NCBI GenBank assembly: GCA_944325875.1
Contig: CALVBU010000007.1
Span: 26,438 to 90,437, forward strand
Origin: Candidatus Gastranaerophilales bacterium
GTDB lineage: Bacteria > Cyanobacteriota > Vampirovibrionia > Gastranaerophilales > Gastranaerophilaceae
Direction of reading: 5' to 3'
DNA: 64,000 bases
Part shown: piece after piece, positions 46,572 through 55,958 of the stretch
Numbering within the stretch: position 1 is the stretch's first letter
Layout of the letters: every line of letters begins with the position of its first letter
The notes under the pieces: model-generated
Database searches by the model: none
What the model saw: the letters and a program-made list of their open reading frames with translations, nothing else
Told to the model about the DNA's origin: nothing
Translations under genes and position numbers: made by a program

Positions 46572-46821
46572 CGGTCTTACTCCTGATAAAATCAGCTAAA
46601 GTTTTTACTGAATAAAAATACTTTGTATTTTCTTTTTTGTCAGATGAAAGTGTGATATTATATTTCTTTTTCAAAGCCATACCAAGCTCAAGCGCATCAA
46701 TAGAATCCAAACCTAAGCCATCGACAAAAAGAGCTTCTTCATCTTTTATATCAGATACCGAAATATCCTCAAGCTCTAATACTTTAATTATTAACTCTTT
46801 TATTTCGTTTTCCAAAGTCAT
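46564..46821 (-). CDS. acyl carrier protein (second, tandem)
   Basis: GLGLDSIDALEL motif. The ATG at 46821 (MTLENEIKEL) has an AGGA upstream. The track ORF extends to a TTG at 46857. Confidence 0.8.
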   Translation of the reverse strand: MTLENEIKELIIKVLELEDISVSDIKDEEALFVDGLGLDSIDALELGMALKKKYNITLSSDKKENTKYFYSVKTLADFIRSKTVE

Positions 46822-46867
46822 ATACTTAATTCCTATAATAAATTTATAACCTAACAAAATTATAAAG

Positions 46868-47599
46868 TCAATTTATGGCTTCTTTAATTTTTTCAGTAAT
46901 ATGATTTCTTAATTTTATATCAGTAAGATCTTTAGGGAAATCCGACAATTTTATCTCCGGCAATACTGTCAGAGTATAATTAACTGTTTTATCACCAGCA
47001 TCAAGAGGACAATGATTTTTCATTAAGAAAGGAATATCTGTCTGAATTTTAATCGGAACTATATCAACTCCTGATGCAATAGCAATTTGTGCAGCACCTT
47101 TATGAACTTTCACATCTTCACCAGGCAAAGTCCTTGTTCCTGTCGGGAAAATTATTATATTATATCCTTCTTTTAATGCCTCAAGACAAGATTTTTGAAA
47201 TACCTCAGGATCTATATCATTAATAATATATAGCGATTTTACAATATTTGACATAAACGGATTTTTCAAAATCCCGTTTTTTACCAAGCATAAAGAATTT
47301 GGCATATTGCCGATTAAAAGAATTATATCAATCAAACTCGGATGAGAGGCCACAACAACTCTTCCTTTTATATCAGCAAGACTTCCTCCCGTAATATTCA
47401 CCTTTATCATCTTTGATTTTTCCATCACAGAAATAAAAAACTTCCACGAATTATGAATAATTAAAGCGAATTTACGTCGTCTTTCACTTCCCTTATAACG
47501 TAAACCCAAAATCGGAAATATAATCCATCCGATAATAAAAGCTCCGATTGCAAACAAACTCATCTCAAGTATTACAAGAAGTCCTCTACAAATTCTCAT
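46868..47599 (-). CDS. PlsC-type 1-acyl-glycerol-3-phosphate acyltransferase family protein
   Basis: HX4D (SHPSLID) and FPTGTRT motifs, with an N-terminal TM segment. Confidence 0.8.
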   Translation of the reverse strand: MRICRGLLVILEMSLFAIGAFIIGWIIFPILGLRYKGSERRRKFALIIHNSWKFFISVMEKSKMIKVNITGGSLADIKGRVVVASHPSLIDIILLIGNMPNSLCLVKNGILKNPFMSNIVKSLYIINDIDPEVFQKSCLEALKEGYNIIIFPTGTRTLPGEDVKVHKGAAQIAIASGVDIVPIKIQTDIPFLMKNHCPLDAGDKTVNYTLTVLPEIKLSDFPKDLTDIKLRNHITEKIKEAIN

Positions 47600-48179
47600 T
47601 TTTCTTTACCATATACAAATCACTTATAAAAGAATCTTTTTTTCCATTCAAAAACTCAACCAAATCCTCAAACTTGTCTTGCGGAGGGAGATTTTCAGAA
47701 TTTTCGCATAACAAAAACTTACCCTTATCATTCTGCTCAGTTTCTATAGAAAGACTTTTTATCCCCCCAACACTTTCAGTATAACAGTACAATGAGTTTT
47801 TAGAAAGAAGACTTTCCAAAAATCCTGCACTAACAGTCTTGTCCCCAGCAGAAATCGAATTATAACTTGTTTTTATACCTTCTAAAAGTGAAAAAAGCCC
47901 TATTGTAGCATTATGAACGGATGAACTAAATCCTGCAGGAGAAACTTCCCCATCCTCATTTCTTTGAGCAATAAGCTTTACAACTCTATCAAAATCACCA
48001 TAGCAAGATGAAAATACCAAATCGGGGCTTCCGCCACAATAAGCATTATAAAGAGTATACAACCCCGCCCGTCCAAATTTATTAAGCTTACGTCTCAGCA
48101 TCATCGGAATAAAAGACACATCCGCTTCTTCTCCAATAATATATGAAAATTTTTTTATATCAAAATTTATTTCCTTCAT
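47586..48179 (-). CDS. ketosynthase-related chain-length-factor-like protein (no active-site Cys context)
   Basis: 197 aa. ...RAGLYTLYNAY... SPAGFSSSVHNATIGLFSL resembles the truncated KS-like partner protein found in APE loci. Confidence 0.6.
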   Translation of the reverse strand: MKEINFDIKKFSYIIGEEADVSFIPMMLRRKLNKFGRAGLYTLYNAYCGGSPDLVFSSCYGDFDRVVKLIAQRNEDGEVSPAGFSSSVHNATIGLFSLLEGIKTSYNSISAGDKTVSAGFLESLLSKNSLYCYTESVGGIKSLSIETEQNDKGKFLLCENSENLPPQDKFEDLVEFLNGKKDSFISDLYMVKKNENL

Positions 48180-48204
48180 GCTATCATATTAACACAGAGG
48201 AAAG

Positions 48205-49728
48205 ATGATTACGATAACAAAAACAAGTGCAATTTGTTCGCTGGGAGAAAATTTAGATGAAATTTTCTCAAATGCTGTTGCTGGAAAACTAACAGATCTA
48301 AGAATTAAAGTAGAATTACCGGAAATTAAAGAGGAAAAATACAATATTCGCTGCAACCAAATCCTTTTGCACTGTATGAATCAAATTAAGCCAGATATTG
48401 AGTCTTTTATAAACCGATATGATAAAAAGAAAATCGGTATAGTTATTGCAACAAGCAACACCGGAATTGACAAATTTGAAGAAACAAACGATGTAGAATT
48501 TCTTAAAATGAGTAATCCTGCAGAATTTATAAAAAACTATTTGGGACTAGAAGGCGTTTTCTACGGGATATCAACAGCCTGCTCATCAGGAATAAAAGCT
48601 TTTTCAACAGCACAAAAACTTCTTGATAATGGGGTTTGTGATGCAGTCATAGTAGGCGGTGCCGATGAAATATCAAAATTTCCACTTGCGGGATTTGCTT
48701 CCTTGGAAGTTTTATCTGACGAACAATCAATTCCTCTAAGCAAAAATCGCAAAGGAATGAACATTGGAGAAGCAGGAGCAATTTTTTTGCTTGAAAAAGA
48801 TGGAAAAGGAATACAAATCCTTGGAATAGGCGAAACTTCTGACGCATACCACGCGGCGACCCCTGACCCTGAAGGAACTCAAGCTTCACAAGCAATGAAA
48901 ACTGCACTAAAACTTGCAAAACTAGAACCTCAAGATATTGATTACATAAATCTCCATGGTACAGGAACTATAACAAATGACCTTATGGAATCGAATGCTA
49001 TATCAAATATTTTTGGGCAATCAACTCCTGTAAGCTCAACCAAACCTATGACAGGTCATTGCCTTGGAGCTTCTGCAAGTATCGAAACTGCTCTATGTTG
49101 TGCTGTCTTAGAAAAAAATCAAGCTCTGCCTCATATTTATGATGGGCAGTATGATGAAACACTTCCGAAACTCCGACTTGTACAAAAAGATGAAAAACCT
49201 GACAAACAAATTAAATATGTAATGTGCAATGCATTTGGTTTTGGCGGCACAAATGCGGTTATAATCCTTGGGAAAAATGAACCTAAGCAACACTATGATT
49301 TAGAAAAAATCTTACCGCACAGTCACCCTATGATATTAATTAATGATATCGAAGAAATTAATATTGAAAAAGGTTGCCTAAAATCAAGTGTTACAATTAA
49401 CGAAAACAGCTTATTTTTTGACAAAGACCTTGATGGTATTTCATACATTACAGGAATTGAATTTATGGCGCAAACCATCGGGTGTTATTCTTATTTTAAA
49501 AACCATAATTCAAGACCTCAAATAGGTTTTCTGCTTGGAACACGCTCTTATAAATGTAATATCCCAAAATTTATAAAAAATGAAAAATATATAATAGAAG
49601 TTAGAGAAATTTTTAGCGATAATCAACTTGTTTCGTTTGAGTGTTTTATTTATAATAATGGTATAGAATGCGCTCAAGCTATGGTAAATGTCTACCAGCC
49701 GGCAGATGCTTCTGAATTTTTAGAATAA
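48205..49728 (+). CDS. beta-ketoacyl synthase fused to a C-terminal hotdog dehydratase
   Basis: KS motifs ISTACSSG, LHGTGT, GHCLGASA, FGFGGTNA. The C-terminal ~150 aa (LPHSHPMILINDIEE ... GIEFMAQTIG) are FabA/ApeP-like. Confidence 0.8.
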   Translation: MITITKTSAICSLGENLDEIFSNAVAGKLTDLRIKVELPEIKEEKYNIRCNQILLHCMNQIKPDIESFINRYDKKKIGIVIATSNTGIDKFEETNDVEFLKMSNPAEFIKNYLGLEGVFYGISTACSSGIKAFSTAQKLLDNGVCDAVIVGGADEISKFPLAGFASLEVLSDEQSIPLSKNRKGMNIGEAGAIFLLEKDGKGIQILGIGETSDAYHAATPDPEGTQASQAMKTALKLAKLEPQDIDYINLHGTGTITNDLMESNAISNIFGQSTPVSSTKPMTGHCLGASASIETALCCAVLEKNQALPHIYDGQYDETLPKLRLVQKDEKPDKQIKYVMCNAFGFGGTNAVIILGKNEPKQHYDLEKILPHSHPMILINDIEEINIEKGCLKSSVTINENSLFFDKDLDGISYITGIEFMAQTIGCYSYFKNHNSRPQIGFLLGTRSYKCNIPKFIKNEKYIIEVREIFSDNQLVSFECFIYNNGIECAQAMVNVYQPADASEFLE

Positions 49729-49737
49729 ACGGAGAGT

Positions 49738-50469
49738 ATGATGGAAAAACAGGTTTTAATAACAGGTTCAAGCCGTGGTATCGGGAAAGAATCAGCATTA
49801 TATCTTGCAAAAAACGGGTATGATATTGTTTTGCATTGCAATACAAATATTCAAAAAGCTAACGACACTCTAAAAGAAATTGAAGCATTGGGCGTAAAAG
49901 CAAGAGTTTTGCAGTTTAATATCAGCAATAGAGAAGAATGCAGACGTATTCTTGAAAAAGATATTGAAGATAACGGTATTTACTATGGAGTAGTGCTGAA
50001 TGCGGGAATTGCAAAAGATAACGTTTTTCCTGCAATGGAAGATGATGAATGGGACAAGGTTTTGGACACCAATTTGGGCGGATTTTATAACGTTCTAAAA
50101 CCGATTGTAATGCCTATGATTCAAAAAAGAATTAAAGGAAGAATCATTGCAATGTCATCAGTTTCCGGACTTTGCGGAAACAGAGGTCAAGTTAACTATA
50201 GCGCTTCAAAAGCAGGAATTATCGGTGCCGTAAAAGCATTAAGCCTTGAACTTGCAAAAAGAGGAATTACAGTCAACGCAATTGCCCCGGGAGCAATTGA
50301 CACTGATATGACAGAAGATTTGCCAGTAGACGAAATCAAAAAAATGATTCCAATGAAAAGATTTGGTCAAGCAAAAGAAGTTGCAAGCCTTGTAAATTAC
50401 TTAATGAGTGAAGATGCCTCTTACATAACAGGACAAGTAATTTCAGTAAACGGAGGTCTATATCTGTGA
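49738..50469 (+). CDS. fabG: 3-oxoacyl-ACP reductase (SDR)
   Basis: TGSSRGIGK, NAG, and SSVSG...YSASKAG catalytic motifs. The symbol denotes the family; this copy belongs to the APE-type locus. Confidence 0.85.
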   Translation: MMEKQVLITGSSRGIGKESALYLAKNGYDIVLHCNTNIQKANDTLKEIEALGVKARVLQFNISNREECRRILEKDIEDNGIYYGVVLNAGIAKDNVFPAMEDDEWDKVLDTNLGGFYNVLKPIVMPMIQKRIKGRIIAMSSVSGLCGNRGQVNYSASKAGIIGAVKALSLELAKRGITVNAIAPGAIDTDMTEDLPVDEIKKMIPMKRFGQAKEVASLVNYLMSEDASYITGQVISVNGGLYL

Positions 50470-51692
50470 AAAGAGTCGTAATTACAGGGATGTCACAAAT
50501 TAGCCCTCTTGGTGCAAACAGAGAAGAAGCATTCGAAAAACTTCTTTCCCTAAAAAATTGTGTCAAATACATGCCTGACCTTGAGCAATATACAAGATTA
50601 AACACAAAACTTGCAGCTCCTGCAGACAAATTTGTTATCCCATCACACTATAACAGAAAAACACTAAGAACAATGGGACGTGTAGGAGTTCTAAGCGTAG
50701 TAAGTGCAGAAGAAGCACTAAAAGATGCAGGCCTTTTAGGAGATGAAATCATTACAAACGGTCAAACCGGTGTAAGTTACGGTTCATCTACAGGATCTTT
50801 AGACACTCTTATTGATTTTTATTCGATGATGGTTGATAAAGAAGTAAAAGGTGTCACATCCGGAAGTTACGTAAAAATGATGGCACAGACATCTTGCGTA
50901 AATATTTCATTGTACTTTAAGACTACAGGCAGAATAATTCCAACCTCAACAGCCTGCACTTCAGGTTCAATGGGCATCGGATACGCTTATGAAGCGATTA
51001 AAAACGGCTACCAAACAGTCATGATTGCAGGTGGAGCGGACGAACTACATCCTACCCAAATTGCAATTTTTGATACATTATATGCAACAAGTCAAAAGAA
51101 TTCTACACCGGAACTCACACCATCCCCATTTGACAAAAACAGGGACGGACTTGTTATTGGTGAAGGTGCCGGTACAATGATTTTAGAAGAATATGAACAC
51201 GCAAAAAAACGCGGAGCTAAAATTTACGGAGAAATAATAGGATTTGGCACAAGCACTGATGGAACTCATATTACAAGTCCTAATCGTGACAAGATGAAAT
51301 CAGCACTTGAATTAGCGCTTAAAGATGCTGACATTTCATCTGATAAAATAGATTACGTCAATGCTCATGGAACAGCCACAATTCAAGGTGATGTTGCTGA
51401 AACTAACGCTACATACGATGTATTTAAAAGAGCAATCCCAATAAGTTCAATAAAAAGCTATACAGGTCATACCTTGGGTGCCTGCGGAGCTGTTGAAGCA
51501 ATTTTAACACTTGATATGGCTCACAAAGGCTGGTTCTGTCCAACAATTAACTTAAATAACGTAGATGATGAATGCGGAAAACTTGATTATATAAAATCGC
51601 AAGGACGTGAAATAAATACAAACATAGTTATGTCAAATAACTTTGCATTCGGCGGAATAAACACTTCATTAATTTTTAAGGTACATATTTAA
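50466..51692 (+). CDS. beta-ketoacyl-ACP synthase (FabF/FabB-like)
   Basis: TSTACTSG, AHGTAT, GHTLGACG, FAFGGINT. Overlaps fabG by 4 nt. Confidence 0.85.
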   Translation: MKRVVITGMSQISPLGANREEAFEKLLSLKNCVKYMPDLEQYTRLNTKLAAPADKFVIPSHYNRKTLRTMGRVGVLSVVSAEEALKDAGLLGDEIITNGQTGVSYGSSTGSLDTLIDFYSMMVDKEVKGVTSGSYVKMMAQTSCVNISLYFKTTGRIIPTSTACTSGSMGIGYAYEAIKNGYQTVMIAGGADELHPTQIAIFDTLYATSQKNSTPELTPSPFDKNRDGLVIGEGAGTMILEEYEHAKKRGAKIYGEIIGFGTSTDGTHITSPNRDKMKSALELALKDADISSDKIDYVNAHGTATIQGDVAETNATYDVFKRAIPISSIKSYTGHTLGACGAVEAILTLDMAHKGWFCPTINLNNVDDECGKLDYIKSQGREINTNIVMSNNFAFGGINTSLIFKVHI

Positions 51693-52383
51693 TTTCAAAA
51701 ATCTCTGAAGTATTAATTTTTACATGCCCACCTTTTATGAGCATAAACAAATATCCTGTCCCGGGAAGAAATGTTCCTATAGAATATTTTAAAGCTCCTG
51801 CAAGTCCCATAAGATTATACCCCGATTTTGAAATCGGACCTTGAAATTTCTTTCTATCAAGTCCTGCAACATTAAAATGAGCAATTATTAAATCAGCAGG
51901 CACACCCATAAAACCATTTGGAGAAATTGTCTCAATTTTTGCAGTCCCAATTGTTCCATGAGGAACAAGCTTTTTATTTCCGTCATAAACATCGTGAATG
52001 ACAACGAATTTGACAATCTGCCCTTCTGTATTTTGAATTCCTTTGGAAGAAATTGGCTCAAGAAATCTTATTCTAAATGGTAGATATCTTATTTCCGAAT
52101 AGTCATAACCTAAATTAGATTCCGGATAAACAGTACTGACATTCTGCATGTAATGTTTCACAATTCCATCACTAATATGAAGTGGTCTATAGTGAACCCT
52201 TGCAGGAATATCACGTTTAATTTCCAAATCTGTATAATGAATATTAGCAGGCTCCGGATAGACTTCACTTACATTGGTTAAAGTCTCCTCCACAAGTTCA
52301 TCTTTAATTGGTTCTTGTGAAACATCCGCAGCATAACAAGAAAGCCCTGCAAGACATATCACCAGAAACAAAAATCTAATCAT
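51676..52383 (-). CDS. secreted hypothetical protein
   Basis: Signal-like N-terminus MIRFLFLVICLAGLSCYA. Overlaps the M48 gene by 8 nt and the 3' end of the KS gene by 17 nt. I recognise no family. Confidence 0.45.
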   Translation of the reverse strand: MIRFLFLVICLAGLSCYAADVSQEPIKDELVEETLTNVSEVYPEPANIHYTDLEIKRDIPARVHYRPLHISDGIVKHYMQNVSTVYPESNLGYDYSEIRYLPFRIRFLEPISSKGIQNTEGQIVKFVVIHDVYDGNKKLVPHGTIGTAKIETISPNGFMGVPADLIIAHFNVAGLDRKKFQGPISKSGYNLMGLAGALKYSIGTFLPGTGYLFMLIKGGHVKINTSEIFEIKYVP

Positions 52384-53068
52384 AATTTACATTTCCTTTG
52401 GAATGACTATCAATTTTTGCTTTAAGTTTTCTTCTGTTATCTTGAGAATTTAAAAGGAAATTTTGATAATAAACATCATCGATGTATTTATTATTTTTCA
52501 AGAATTCAGGATATTTATAGTAAATATATTCATAAACATAAGCCATTCTTCTTGAAGCTAAAGGGTGAGTAGACATAAATTCATATCTATCTTGAGCAAA
52601 GACTTTATTCATCATAACAATCATTGCAACAGGGTTATATCCTGCATTTACCATAAAATCGATAGCTCTTTTGTCAGCTTTTTTCTCATATTTTCTAGGA
52701 GTAAAAGCTGATGGCAAGAAAGAAAAAGCTCCACGGAAAATACCATGAGAATAATCAATGCCATGGGATATCTCATGAGCAAGAATTGCCGCTACCATAT
52801 CTTCATCAGTCGTATAATTCATTATTCCTCCGTATATAACAATTCTACGACCTGAATAGTAAGTAACCGCATTTACAGTATCTTTATTCACATATTGGAA
52901 AACCATTCTCTCTTTTATCCTGCTTGAATTAAGCAATCTAAAACCTATTTGACTTACTAATTCTTGTCTTGCGTAGGCTTTTTCAATTTTTGCAGGATTA
53001 GTATCCGCAAAAGCAGGTATTGAGCTAAGCAAAATTATACTAACTAAACTTATTAAAACTTTTTTCAT
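52376..53068 (-). CDS. M48-family zinc metallopeptidase
   Basis: Signal peptide and HEISHGID (HExxH) with a downstream E/H region, 230 aa. Confidence 0.75.
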   Translation of the reverse strand: MKKVLISLVSIILLSSIPAFADTNPAKIEKAYARQELVSQIGFRLLNSSRIKERMVFQYVNKDTVNAVTYYSGRRIVIYGGIMNYTTDEDMVAAILAHEISHGIDYSHGIFRGAFSFLPSAFTPRKYEKKADKRAIDFMVNAGYNPVAMIVMMNKVFAQDRYEFMSTHPLASRRMAYVYEYIYYKYPEFLKNNKYIDDVYYQNFLLNSQDNRRKLKAKIDSHSKGNVNYD

Positions 53069-53230
53069 AGAATCTCCCCTTAATTCCTCAAAATAAGTTT
53101 AACATTCTAAATTCATCTTTGGCAATTTTTTTACAATAAGCAGTTTATTTACCAGGTACACCATATATTGGATTGACAAACAAGTGAATTTATTTATAAA
53201 TTATAATTGAAAAATTTAGAAAGAGATAAT

Positions 53231-53629
53231 ATGAAAAAGACTTTTTTAATTAGTTTTATAATAATACTATCAGCATTTTGTGCAGTTAAAGCAGAAATGC
53301 CACAGATGACAATGGAAGTACAAACAATGCTTCTTGAAAGATCCATGGATCAAGCAAAATTATATAGACCTAGTTGGGAAAAATTATATACCTGCACTCC
53401 TGCAAAAACATATGATGGAGTACTAATTATCAACGGAAAAGATCAATATGGAAATTGCAGATTTAAACACTCTAAATATACCTGTGCAGTTCCAATGAAA
53501 CTAAATAAACAATATGCATCTGCCGGATTGAAAAGTCTGGATGATATCGCTAACGGAAATTTTGCGACGAAAACAGATGAAAGTGACTTCATGGATAAAA
53601 TTCATAACGAATATTGTGTTATTAAATAA
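53231..53629 (+). CDS. small secreted Cys-containing hypothetical protein
   Basis: The ATG at 53231 (MKKTFLISFIIILSAFCAVKA signal peptide) is preceded by AAAGAG. The track ORF starts at an upstream TTG (53207). Confidence 0.5.
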   Translation: MKKTFLISFIIILSAFCAVKAEMPQMTMEVQTMLLERSMDQAKLYRPSWEKLYTCTPAKTYDGVLIINGKDQYGNCRFKHSKYTCAVPMKLNKQYASAGLKSLDDIANGNFATKTDESDFMDKIHNEYCVIK

Positions 53630-53656
53630 AAAAGTCGGATTTAATCCGACTTTTTT
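53630..53656. terminator. bidirectional intrinsic terminator
   Basis: AAAAGTCGGAT-TTA-ATCCGACTTTT with a trailing T-run, between convergent genes. Confidence 0.8.
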
Positions 53657-53657
53657 A

Positions 53658-54548
53658 TTATCTTATAGAATTCCAAAAATATCTTTTTAATTTATCAATT
53701 AAAGATATTTTTTGCGGAGCAAATTTTTCGACAACATCAATCTTAAATGGTTCAGGTTGAGTTGTTCTGGCATACTTAATATCAGCCGGACCAAACATCA
53801 TAACATAAGAAGCTTTATAACCATCAGGGATATTAAGCCCCTTGCATAACTCAGGGAAAAATTGCAAACAAGCTTCTGCAAAACCACACCACAAAGTAGC
53901 AACTCCAAGGCTTTGAGCATACAATTCAAAATAACTTAGAGCAATTATAGGATCTACATTAATACAAGGAGCATTGATTGGAGTAGAAACAACAATCATA
54001 TGAGGAGCTCCTCTAAAGATTACATCATTCCCATTAATAAGTGCATCTTTATATTTTGAAAATTTTCCTGCTGCTCCTTTGATTGGAGATTTTTGCAAAA
54101 TTTTTATTAGCTTTTGGTTTGTATAATTTCTAAAATCATTCATTACACTCAAATCTTCAATAAATGAAAAATGCAAACCGTGATTGTTACATCCTGTCGG
54201 TACCCAATGAAGCATATTTTTTAATTTTGCCATAGTATCTGCATCTAAATTTTCATTTTTAAAATGTCTGTAACTGCGACGGCTTTTGATCAAATTTAAA
54301 AGTTCTTCCGAATTATATGACGGAAGAATTTTATCAGAATTTTCAGGATTTTTCCCCATTATAGATATAGCCCCTACAGGACATACTGCAAGACAATGTT
54401 GACATTCAAGACATCTGTCTTCTCCGCCTTGTGCAAACTGTGGATTTTTATTTTCATCAAATTCAAGTGCAAATGTAATACAATCATTCACGCATAATCC
54501 GCAGTGAATACATTTTTCTTTATCTATAACTAAATTCTTATTCTTCAT
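53658..54548 (-). CDS. nitroreductase-family protein with N-terminal 2x[4Fe-4S] ferredoxin domain
   Basis: CIHCGLCVNDC and CLECQHCLAVCP, followed by a nitroreductase-like domain (RRSYRHF...). Confidence 0.8.
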   Translation of the reverse strand: MKNKNLVIDKEKCIHCGLCVNDCITFALEFDENKNPQFAQGGEDRCLECQHCLAVCPVGAISIMGKNPENSDKILPSYNSEELLNLIKSRRSYRHFKNENLDADTMAKLKNMLHWVPTGCNNHGLHFSFIEDLSVMNDFRNYTNQKLIKILQKSPIKGAAGKFSKYKDALINGNDVIFRGAPHMIVVSTPINAPCINVDPIIALSYFELYAQSLGVATLWCGFAEACLQFFPELCKGLNIPDGYKASYVMMFGPADIKYARTTQPEPFKIDVVEKFAPQKISLIDKLKRYFWNSIR

Positions 54549-54588
54549 AAATTCTCCTAACTTTTACTACCTTAAAATATAACCAATT

Positions 54589-55875
54589 ATGCCATTAAAA
54601 TATTTTATGGAACTTTTTATAAATTATTATATGCTAAACAGAATTGTAAAATATACAATGTCAGAATATTTCCCCGACCAAACTAAAATTGAGGATAAAA
54701 TTAATCCGAACAGATTTTTTAAATACGGTCAAATCAAATACCGGAATGGCAAATCATTTTATCTTATTACGAGAAATTTTCGGGAAGAAGATAATTTTGC
54801 AATGAATTTTGCCAAAACAAATAATGCTGAATTAATACTTTTTATTCCGGAATTTGAAATAAAAAATAAAAACGACTTTTTCAAAAGGAATATAAATCAA
54901 TTTCTAAAAAATGTAAAGTTAGACCATCATGTTTTTTCAGACAAAAAAGAATTAGAAGCATTTATTAACAAACAGCAAATAAAAACTTTGATTAAAGATT
55001 TTAATCCAATAGAAAATTTTAATTTTAAAGAAAACACCTTTGAAACAATTGAAATCGATAGTCATAATATTTGCCCTGTGCATTATATAAGTGATAAACA
55101 AGAATACAATGCAGCCTCTTACAGACGCAAAATCTATCATAATATTGCAGAATTTTTTACGGAATTTCCAAAAACTAATTTTACAAAAACAGAAAGTTAT
55201 GAAGTTCTAGACAACTTTCTAAAAAATAAAATCGACACATTTAATCAGAAACGAAATGATCCGACAGCAAATGTAAATTCAAACCTCTCCCCCTACCTGA
55301 ACTGGGGTTTTATCTCTCCTCAAAGAGCCGCCTTGGAGGTTTTTAAAACTGATACTGCTAATGAAAATAAAGAAGCTTTTTTCGAAGAACTTATAATAAG
55401 GAATGAATTATCAGATAATTTTTGTTTTTATAATAAAAATTACAAAACTCTTGATGGAATACCAAATTGGGCAAAAATAACACTAGAAGAACATTCAAAA
55501 GACATTAGGCTGCAAAATTACACAATAGAAGAATTAGAAAACGCACAAACTAATGATGAACTATGGAATGCAGCACAAAATCAGTTGACAAAAGAGGGAA
55601 AAATCCATGGATATATGCGAATGTATTGGGCAAAACAAATTTTACTATGGACCCCATCACCTCAAAAAGCTCTTGAATATGCAATTTATCTAAATGATAA
55701 ATATGCCTATGACGCACCATCTTCAAGCGGTTATGTAGGAATTTTATGGTCAATAGGCGGACTTCATGATAGAGCATTCCAAGAAAGACCCATCTCAGGT
55801 AAAATCCGTTCTATGACATACAATGGAGCTAAATCAAAATTCGATATAAAAAAATATATTGCAACTTATACATAA
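54589..55875 (+). CDS. class-II-like deoxyribodipyrimidine (CPD) photolyase
   Basis: C-terminal FAD-binding region GKIHGYMRMYWAKQILLWT ... YAYDAPSSSGYVGILWSIGGLHDRAF ... GKIRSMTYNGAKSKF is characteristic of class II photolyases. The exact start is uncertain (several in-frame Met). Confidence 0.75.
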   Translation: MPLKYFMELFINYYMLNRIVKYTMSEYFPDQTKIEDKINPNRFFKYGQIKYRNGKSFYLITRNFREEDNFAMNFAKTNNAELILFIPEFEIKNKNDFFKRNINQFLKNVKLDHHVFSDKKELEAFINKQQIKTLIKDFNPIENFNFKENTFETIEIDSHNICPVHYISDKQEYNAASYRRKIYHNIAEFFTEFPKTNFTKTESYEVLDNFLKNKIDTFNQKRNDPTANVNSNLSPYLNWGFISPQRAALEVFKTDTANENKEAFFEELIIRNELSDNFCFYNKNYKTLDGIPNWAKITLEEHSKDIRLQNYTIEELENAQTNDELWNAAQNQLTKEGKIHGYMRMYWAKQILLWTPSPQKALEYAIYLNDKYAYDAPSSSGYVGILWSIGGLHDRAFQERPISGKIRSMTYNGAKSKFDIKKYIATYT

Positions 55876-55958
55876 ATTTTGGCAAAACTTATAGAAACAA
55901 AAATTATTATAAATAACAAAAGCTTTATTTCTTGCGAAATTACCTATATAATATAAAT

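Noticed and set aside
46822-46857. Upstream TTG-initiated extensions of several track ORFs (46564..46857, 53207, 55932, 58055, 15558, 29677).
   Set aside because: In each case a downstream ATG with a better SD, translational coupling, or paralog and signal-peptide alignment gives a more plausible start. The coordinates were adjusted in the feature list.
40413-51692. Interpreting the KS/KR/ACP genes as the organism's housekeeping type-II fatty-acid synthase.
   Set aside because: No FabD, FabH, FabI/K or acc genes are present. The presence of an adenylating enzyme, a CLF-like fragment, a LolA-like carrier, an MMPL exporter and two acyltransferases is the APE-type pattern, not a fab operon.
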